Of a DNA stretch of 64,000 nt, positions 1 through 7,342 are shown piece by piece. The stretch lies in the IMG/VR virus record IMGVR_UViG_3300013101_000005, positions 1 through 64,000 of that record. The stretch is one strand, 5' to 3'. The translations under genes and the position numbers were made by a program. The first letter of the stretch is position 1, and each line of letters opens with the position of its first letter. The DNA comes from a virus. Below the pieces are notes generated by a model that saw only the letters and a program-made list of their open reading frames with translations, ran no database searches and was not told the origin of the DNA.

Positions 1-60
1 ACTGCGTTGCGCTATTGTTCTAGAATTCAGGAACTTCAGTAGCAGTTCCGTAGGAGTATC

Positions 61-263
61 GTTGCACTTCACTTGCCAAAAAAAAATTCTCGTCACTATT
101 TATCGTCATTGCACTACCGTTGCACAACGGTTGCAGTTAGGTTGCAGGAATCGGAATCTAAGGTTGCAACTACGTTTCACTATCGTTTCAGAAATCAGGA
201 GCTTCCGTTGCTACCACGTTGCAGTTAGCTTGCCAAATAAAATCTCGTCACTATTACTCGTCA
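61..263. repeat. Imperfect ~47-bp direct repeat (61-108, 218-263), each with sigma54-like GG-N10-GC spacing on the - strand
   Basis: gttgcacttcacttgccaaaaaaaaattctcgtcactatttatcgtca vs gttgcagttagcttgccaaataaaatctcgtcactattactcgtca; - strand reads TGGCAAGTGAAGTGCA and TGGCAAGCTAACTGCA. Confidence 0.7.
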
Positions 264-570
264 CGGCTGCAACCGAAGTGCAACTGCAACGCAACGGTAC
301 TGGAATACCCCTCCCGATAAGTGCAACCGTTGTACTGGAATAGTAGATCCGTTGCCCTGATTGGATGAATGAGGGGTTGATCCGTTGCAGTTACATTTTA
401 CCTGGCGGAGTGATGGCCAGGTCGATTGCCATATCCAAAAATGACCAGCGGGTTTTGAGAAATTTGCAGATAATCATATAGAGGATTGCATTACCCGGTT
501 TCATTTTGATTTGATTCCATTCCGTTCGGTCGGTCGGTCGGATTCTGATTCTTGCGCTGGGTCGGTCGGT

Positions 571-641
571 TGACACAAAAAAGGGGAGGGTTCAAACCCT
601 CCCCAAATGACACAAAAAAGGGGAGGGTTCAAACCCTCCCC
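571..641 (-). terminator. Tandem duplicated intrinsic terminator (exact 34-bp repeat, 571-604 and 608-641)
   Basis: tgacacaaaaaaggggagggttcaaaccctcccc twice; hairpin GGGGAGGG/CCCTCCCC followed by a T6 run on the - strand, just downstream of the 657-1226 gene. Confidence 0.9.
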
Positions 642-656
642 GATTGCAGTTGTTAA

Positions 657-1226
657 CTACTTTTTGTCGGCCTTCTTTGCCGCAATCGCCTCGGCTTTTG
701 CTTCCTTTTCAATTTTGGCCATTTTCGCTTTCAAGTCACCGAATCCAACCTTGCTTCCGGTTGCGGTAGTCGCAACCTTGCGACCGCGGGACTTACCGCG
801 GTTTCCGGAGAACACTTCAATCCAAGGTTTTGCAGCTTCTCCGGGCCGATGGACTCCGGCCAGTTTCCGGAAGGCATTGCGTAACCAATCCACTCTGCAA
901 CCGTGTCCAGTTTCATTGAAGGAAACAAATTCAACCGTTTTGTCGGAATCGGTTGCAATCCCTTTGCCATCCCTTTTCACTATCTGGAAGTTATCTTCCA
1001 AAACGGGGAATAACATTGCCATCTCCGCCAGTATGGCGAAGACTTCCATTTCGGTCGGATAGGCGGGTTTCGATTTCTCCTTATCCGTCCATTGCAAGTT
1101 ACCCTCTGCATCCTTCAATTGCGTCTCCATTGCGGAATCCACGATCAACCGGGAAACAGTCTTGACGGTTGCCATAGCATCGGAGTCAGTGAGGCAAAGA
1201 ATGATCGGCTGGGTTGCGGTTAACAT
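657..1226 (-). CDS. Hypothetical protein with Lys/Ala-rich C-terminus; stand-alone transcription unit
   Basis: Long ORF; RBS GAAAGGTG 6 nt before ATG 1226; 5' hairpin at 1253-1287; double terminator downstream. Confidence 0.8.
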   Translation of the reverse strand: MLTATQPIILCLTDSDAMATVKTVSRLIVDSAMETQLKDAEGNLQWTDKEKSKPAYPTEMEVFAILAEMAMLFPVLEDNFQIVKRDGKGIATDSDKTVEFVSFNETGHGCRVDWLRNAFRKLAGVHRPGEAAKPWIEVFSGNRGKSRGRKVATTATGSKVGFGDLKAKMAKIEKEAKAEAIAAKKADKK

Positions 1227-1295
1227 CGTTCGCACCTTTCAAGAAAGAAATCAAGTGTCAATCGGCTGAATTGCTCGGTTGACACTTACAATATA

Positions 1296-1886
1296 CAAGG
1301 GGTTGATTTCAGTTCCCACTTTTTTTCCATGTTTTTTTGGACCTTTTAGTTAACTTGATGCAGCAGAACAAGATACACCGAAATCTTTTTTTTTGACTTT
1401 GCTTGATTTCCTGTTTTTTACCCTACGGGAGGGTTGCAATAAACTCAAAAAACCTTGCAACCCATTGAAAACAAACAAGATACAACGTTTTGTCCATCTT
1501 GGATTGCACTAATAATCAGCATAACTCTAACAAAATCAATGGGTTACAGCGATCTAAAAAACTCGAGTTTCACTTAACTTGTTTAATCCCTTGCAGTTAC
1601 AAGAATCAACCATTGCAGACCCGCCAGGTAAACGGTTGCAATTAAAGAGCTTACATCGTTTGTTGTTGCGTTGCTTTTCGGTTGCAATTGTTTTTCCTTG
1701 ACGGTTGCGGTTGGGTAGGTTGTTTAGTTGCAATGACTTATAAGAAAACATATTCTCCCGGTTGCGCTTTGTTAATAATGACTATTATTTATAGTCGTTG
1801 TTAGGTAACGATTTAGCTTGAATTTGATATTTGAGATTGTTGCAGAGTGGTTGCGGTTGGCTAAGTCGTTGTGCCGGCATCAGTTG
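1296..1886. promoter_or_regulatory. Array of nine degenerate 25-bp quasi-palindromic IHF-like sites
   Basis: Units start at 1296, 1351, 1458, 1522, 1575, 1629, 1716, 1791, 1862; exact WATCAANNNNTTR matches at 1296-1308 (-) and 1534-1546 (+). Confidence 0.65.
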
Positions 1887-2098
1887 CACTGATTCCCCCC
1901 TTGCCAAAAATTTGATATTTGGTTGCATTGCATTTCCTCTGGCGTTACGGTATAAAAAAATCCGGAGGGTTTTGAAAAGTGGCCACGTGGTAATTTGAGG
2001 GACCGACAATTTGGCAGATAATATGACACAAGATGGCAGAACTGCCTTGTGTTTAATTATATAAAAAAATCCTCAATACTGACAAAATGACAGGACTG

Positions 2099-2114
2099 TG
2101 GCATGAATATTGCG
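2099..2114 (+). promoter_or_regulatory. sigma54-type -24/-12 element
   Basis: TGGCATG-AATA-TTGC matches TGGCAYR-N4-TTGC. Confidence 0.45.
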
Positions 2115-2131
2115 TCAGTTGTGTAGTATTA

Positions 2132-2326
2132 TTAGGGGCGTTTCATCCATTTTCCTTTAGGGGTCTTCTTGTATAAGACTTTTACTACATTCCATGCATT
2201 TTCTACTGATTTGTTGGGTTTGTTAACTTTTATACTTCTATTGTAGACACGAAGCCAAATATGCCTGGCCAACATAGGTAAAGCCTTTACTGATCGTGGT
2301 ATTTCATCTATATCTAGTTGTCTCAT
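2132..2326 (-). CDS. ChaB-family protein
   Basis: P..VK.LP..A..IW..VYN ... AW..VK..Y.K...GKW pattern typical of ChaB. Confidence 0.75.
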   Translation of the reverse strand: MRQLDIDEIPRSVKALPMLARHIWLRVYNRSIKVNKPNKSVENAWNVVKVLYKKTPKGKWMKRP

Positions 2327-2583
2327 TTTGTGCCTTTTCTTTTATAAAAGTGTTTGTTTTTTGGTAATTTAATTGGTAGATATTTTATGTAGTTTCTAAG
2401 CCCTTTTTCCATTAAAAGGTCACACCATTCTTTATTCTCATTATAACTTTCTTTAAAATTTGGTATATTATCTAAACACCATTCAATATACCTAAAATCA
2501 TGACATCCAACCCAATAAAAAGTTCTTCCTCTATATTTTCCAAAAGGGAACTTCCATTTTTCTCCTAATTTAGTTTTTTTCAT
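2323..2583 (-). CDS. Small protein with FPFGKYRG motif (ExoX C-terminal / DUF3820-like)
   Basis: WKFPFGKYRGRTF...YIEWC motif. Confidence 0.6.
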   Translation of the reverse strand: MKKTKLGEKWKFPFGKYRGRTFYWVGCHDFRYIEWCLDNIPNFKESYNENKEWCDLLMEKGLRNYIKYLPIKLPKNKHFYKRKGTK

Positions 2584-2890
2584 TATTTTCCTTCTTTTTC
2601 CCGCTTAGATACTGATAAAGGGAAATAGATTTGGCCTTATCTTGTTTTCCATACTTTCGCAATCCTTTTGTAGGTATACTTGATTTTGCATTTCCAGGAT
2701 TACTATATATATTTTTATATATTTTTTTAGCAATACCATATCTATTGTGTGTTGTTTTTTTTGAAAGGTCTATATGGCATTTCCTACAATAAGAACTTAG
2801 TTTCCCTTCTCTAGCAGTTTGGGTTGGGAAATTTTCTATATTATCTTTGTATTCTTTACCACAACGGGCACAGTTCCGTTTAGTATACAT
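2570..2890 (-). CDS. Zn-finger protein (CxxC...CxxC)
   Basis: CARCGK...F...SYCRKC, like the N-terminal Zn ribbon of phage endonuclease-associated proteins. Confidence 0.55.
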   Translation of the reverse strand: MYTKRNCARCGKEYKDNIENFPTQTAREGKLSSYCRKCHIDLSKKTTHNRYGIAKKIYKNIYSNPGNAKSSIPTKGLRKYGKQDKAKSISLYQYLSGKKKENNEKN

Positions 2891-3086
2891 TAATTATTCA
2901 CTTTCGTAACCTTAGATATCATAACCTCTTTCTGAGCAGGAACTAAGAGATAGAGAAGAGTTAGGAATCGGAGTAGGATTATTACTTAAGTTAAGGGTAA
3001 CTTGTTCTACCTTTTGTTAGCATCTTAAAGATCTTCTAGGAAGTATAATTGTAATTTATTACTTTAGTTTTAAACGATATATACTC

Positions 3087-3101
3087 CTATAGAGACAACA
3101 C
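3087..3101 (-). promoter_or_regulatory. Putative phage-specific promoter motif (copy A)
   Basis: GTGTTGTCTCTATAG in an intergenic gap; same motif at 19828, 33078, 33536. Confidence 0.55.
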
Positions 3102-3273
3102 CTAATTACTAAATTGTATCGCTTTTGTCCTGTTTAAAAACAGCCTCAAAACCATCAATTCAATCACTTCATTAAATGAAGTAAAAAAAAGTAAAGAATT
3201 AACAGTATCTTCGCTCTTTGTTCGTCAAAATACAAGTAATTTTCTTATTTTTATAGTACTGTCAGTTGTCATG

Positions 3274-4209
3274 TCATAAAGGCAGGTTTTCAATAATATC
3301 AATCCTCTCCCCCAACCATTTCACCACAGGAACGGCCATAGAGTTCCCCAGTGCTTTATATCTATGTCCATCTGGACATTCTTCTTCGCTTTTGTTTCGC
3401 CATTGTATTCTAGTGTAGTTTTTTTGAAATCCCTGAAGTTTTTCACATTCGGCAGGGGTAAGTCTTCTGACAATATCATTATAATTTACAGCCATAGGAC
3501 CTTTAGTTTCGCAAGGCATGGTTATTTCTGAGGATATTGGATCTTGTCTAGGGTGGAAGGCTATCAGGTGTCCTGCTTGGGCTTGGTTATCATCTGCGCC
3601 ACACGTTCCAACGCCGTTTGCAGTAAGTGCGGCAACTTTCTTTTCCTTGCTTTTGCTCTTTTTAGGACTCCTTTGCAGGCTTTTGGAGTCAAAGAGTACC
3701 GATGCGGGACGGGTCCAGTTTCCAGGACATGCGACAACAAAGACTCTTTTTCTTCGTTGGGGCACGCCGAAGTATTGAGCGTCAAGTGTTCTGTAAGCAT
3801 ACCCAAGCCCGAGTTCAACCAGCCCCCCGATGAAGGCTCCAAAATCCCGTCCTTTGTTAGAAGACAGGACACCGGGGACATTTTCCCAGATAACCCATTT
3901 GGGTTGTGTTGCATCAACAATTCTAAGAAACTGTAGGGCCAAGTTGCCACGAGGATCATCCATACCGTTTCTGAGTCCAGCAACTGAGAAGGACTGACAT
4001 GGTGTTCCTCCGATAAGGACATCGACATTTGCTTGTTCATCCCATTTTACTTTCGTTATATCGCCTAGGTCTGGTACATTTGGGTAGTGTTTTTGTAGGA
4101 CTTGTTTGGGGAACGGGTCATTTTCTGCAAACCAGACGGGTTCCCAGTTTAGATGTTTCCAAGCCACAGAGGGGGCTTCGATACCTGAACATATAGTACC
4201 ATATTTCAT
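3274..4209 (-). CDS. dcm: DNA (cytosine-5) methyltransferase
   Basis: Motif I CSGI, motif IV GGTPCQSFS, motif VI WENVPG, motif VIII QRRKRVF, IX RRLTP.EC, X LGNS. Confidence 0.95.
   Translation of the reverse strand: MKYGTICSGIEAPSVAWKHLNWEPVWFAENDPFPKQVLQKHYPNVPDLGDITKVKWDEQANVDVLIGGTPCQSFSVAGLRNGMDDPRGNLALQFLRIVDATQPKWVIWENVPGVLSSNKGRDFGAFIGGLVELGLGYAYRTLDAQYFGVPQRRKRVFVVACPGNWTRPASVLFDSKSLQRSPKKSKSKEKKVAALTANGVGTCGADDNQAQAGHLIAFHPRQDPISSEITMPCETKGPMAVNYNDIVRRLTPAECEKLQGFQKNYTRIQWRNKSEEECPDGHRYKALGNSMAVPVVKWLGERIDIIENLPL
3564..4040 (-). CDS. Overprinted alternative-frame ORF resembling the M.EcoHK31I beta-type polypeptide
   Basis: 158-aa same-strand ORF nested in dcm, ending SLLSHVLE.GPVP.RY.LTPKAC.GVL.RA..R.RKLP..L..AL. 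Confidence 0.6.
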   Translation of the reverse strand: MNKQMSMSLSEEHHVSPSQLLDSETVWMILVATWPYSFLELLMQHNPNGLSGKMSPVSCLLTKDGILEPSSGGWLNSGLGMLTEHLTLNTSACPNEEKESLLSHVLETGPVPHRYSLTPKACKGVLKRAKARKRKLPHLLQTALERVAQMITKPKQDT

Positions 4210-4340
4210 CAATCGTCTTTACGTTCTTCCATTTCATCGACACGTTTTTTTAATTTAAAGTGTCTCCAAACCAACCAGCCCACTAACCCGATACCTCCAA
4301 TAAAGGCAACTCCCATAAACACATTAACAATAACAAACAT
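4209..4340 (-). CDS. Small single-pass membrane protein (43 aa, not in ORF track)
   Basis: MFVIVNVFMGVAFIGGIGLVGWLVWRHFKLKKRVDEMEERKDD; TGATG overlap with dcm. Confidence 0.6.
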   Translation of the reverse strand: MFVIVNVFMGVAFIGGIGLVGWLVWRHFKLKKRVDEMEERKDD

Positions 4341-4351
4341 ATTTCATCCTT

Positions 4352-7325
4352 TCAGTCATATTCAGCCGCCAGTTCTAGATCATCTTTAAGTGCTTCTACT
4401 TCTGTTTTAAGAGATAGTATTTCTCTTTCGTATTTATCTACGATTTCCAGTATCTCTTCGGATTTCATATAAATACCTAGTCCATTTAGACTTAGATTAA
4501 AGGAGGCTACGCCGAATTCATTAATAAAGACAACCGGATTATACCTTCTAAATTTATACATTTTCTTCCCAATCGGCACATCGTTCAAACCACTGAAAAT
4601 AGCAATTATGGCATTCTCTTATAAGCCACTCTACGCTGCTTCCATCTATAGCTTCTCTACAGTCATAGGAGACATTAGCTCCTTTACCATTACATTTAGG
4701 GCAGAAACAGGTTTCATTGTCGTATTCCGGTAATTTAGAAACATCTTGTGGTACAATTGGTATCATTAGAAGAACAGCCTTTCACTATTAGGAACATTAT
4801 ATTTATCTTTTTTGAGTCTTTCTAGTTCGTCTATTCTATCTTCATGTTCGCCTAGTTTTTCTATAGTTTTTTCTAGATGATTTACAGTTCTTTCCAGTTG
4901 TTTTTCAAGCCATTCTAGTCTTTTTAGAGTATCTTTTGGTGTAGTATTGTATACTGGTAGTTTATCATTCATTCTTCATCCTCCGTAATAAATACATTAA
5001 CTTTTATATATTTTTTACTATAATCTACATTTCCTGGTAGTATTACAGGTCCTATATCATATTCTGTTTCTTTATTATTTCCACCACATCTTTTCATACT
5101 AGTTTGGAAGGCTATTAGTGGTTTTGGAAAGTTTGTTTTATTTTCTAGTTTATAGGGGCATTTTGAATGTGAGCAGGGGTATGTAGCCCCGCAGCTATCA
5201 CATATATCATGCATAGAGTTGCATGGTTCTGACATACACCTATCAAACCAGAAGTTTTTTGATCCACACGCTTGACATTTTTTATAACCTGTTTGCATTT
5301 TTTTCACTTTTTGTTAGGGGCCGATGTAAAGAAATAATTTTAAACAGATCCCAATGCAATTCAGAATATGCACCAGAACCATCACCATCTTCCCTTAACC
5401 GATTTCTCACCGCCGCCAGCCGTGACTGTAGTTCCTCACGTTCTTCTATTATTGTGTCAATAGTTTCATGCAGGCTTTTTGCTCTCAGTACCCATTCGGC
5501 TTTTTGTGAGTCTGCGTATTTCTGAAGGTTGGCAAGGGCATAGGACGCATCTTGTCGGTCACGCTCTGATTCATCACGCTCTGCCTCAAGTTCTTCTATA
5601 TGGCATTTATGAGATTGATTAAATTTGGTTTCCGGGTGTGCCCCAGATGAATCACATTTGAAGTACCCGCCGCCGATAGAAGCCTCTGCTCCGCATTTAG
5701 GACACGTTTCCATCACACCTTCCCCTTCTTTATTATCATCCAGAACAACATCAATTCTATCCCTCAATCGACCAAGAATATGCGCATATGCTTTCCAATC
5801 ACTACTGTCATTTTTTGCTAGTAATTCATCTGCACATTCTAATGACAGTAGTTTTCTAGCTTCTCTAATTTCTTCCAACTTTTTATGAGATCTAGCCAGC
5901 CACGTATTAGCATCAAAAAGCTGGGCTTCAAGTTCGGCAATATGGGCGGTTGTGTTCATGTGATCATCACACCACTTACTATTTATCATGTGCGGATGTT
6001 TGTTTCCACATCTACTACACTCTTCCATCACTACACCTTCTCTCGTCCAGCCAACAGTTCCTTTATTGACATCATAAACTCATAATCATTAATTCTTTCA
6101 TCAATCCACGAGTCACAGGTATAACCTATAGATTTCAGTAAGAAACTCATTTTGTTACATTCGGCCTCAAGGTTGGAGATAATGGATGTTGGGCATTTTT
6201 TATCATGCCCCATTTCGTGTGGCCATGAGCAATAGATACAATTCATTCCCCCACACCCTTCCGTTTAGCTAGAAGTTCACTTAACCACTTACCAATGTCT
6301 TTGGATAGTTGTGGATTAACATCTTTAATACAAAAAGCGTATTCACTGAGTGCATTCATTGATGCGTATCCGTATTCATCATCTTTTGTCGGGTTTAGCA
6401 CAAAATATTTCATTAACAGGCCATCCATAACAGCTATCCCTTTCGTTTGGCTAGAATTTCAGCTAAAAGGCTAAGAGGGGGATCTCCAACTTCATTTAGT
6501 TCCAGCCACCCCTCAACTCTTTCAAGCAGAGCATTAGCCCTTTCCAACTTAACCTCTAGCCCACGGTTTTCCATAATCAATTTATCGTGACAATCAATAT
6601 CTTCCCCTATGATTTTTGATTGTTCCAGTGATTCTGAATAAGAAGCATCAAGTAATTCTTTTAGATCCACATATGTTGCTCTATAAGCATCTGCATCATA
6701 TTTTGTTCTTTGCAATTTTACATGTAATCTAACAGCTTCTTTTTGAAGTGTAAGAGATTCTCTTTCTTTAATGAGGTAGCTTCTATTTAGGGCTTTGAGT
6801 GCCTTCTTCCTCCTGCCGGATTTCGCTTTAGTAATGTCTAGTTCTGTACGACATTCGTTAAGTGCATCCCCGAACCTTTTCACTTCTTCATATAATGCTT
6901 CTTCTTTTCTAGTTCTCATGTTTGGTTCCTATTCCTTTTAGCCAATATGTTTTGAACTGCTTTAGCCAACAACCCAGCCCCTCCACCCTTATATTTATCA
7001 ACACAACCCTCAACCTCATCTAGCAAGATATATGCCATATCTCTTTCGTTACGTATACGCAGTAACAATTTATCATAGATATCCTTGGAATTTTGCATAT
7101 CTGCTCTAGCCAGATTAACAAGATCCATTAGGTCTTCTTTAGACATATTAATCATTTCTTTTCCTCCTCCACCATTCCTGTTTCCTTAGCATACTCAATA
7201 AGAGCCTTTAGTACATGATTATCTAGGGCTATGAATGTTTCACTATCTTGTGCTCTAAGATCCAAACAAACATGATACCCGTCGAAACTCGCATATACTC
7301 CGTCACCTAAGTACCTATCTTCCAT
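4352..7325 (-). other. Tightly coupled run of ~10 small hypothetical ORFs, several with CxxC Zn fingers and coiled coils
   Basis: ORFs 4352-4588, 4554-4766, 4766-4972, 4969-5307, 5282-6031, 6031-6246, 6243-6428, 6434-6919, 6916-7155, 7152-7325 with stop/start overlaps. Confidence 0.75.
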
Positions 7326-7342
7326 AATAATACCTCTTTGGT

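Noticed and set aside
607-1062. 151-aa + strand ORF and other short ORFs in 1-2010
   Set aside because: Antisense shadows of the 657-1226 gene or spanning repeats and terminators; no RBS or recognisable motifs.
1296-1886. CRISPR array
   Set aside because: Repeats are far too degenerate, occur in both orientations and have spacers of 28-82 bp; no cas operon. The Cas4-like nuclease at 16161 is a typical stand-alone phage exonuclease.
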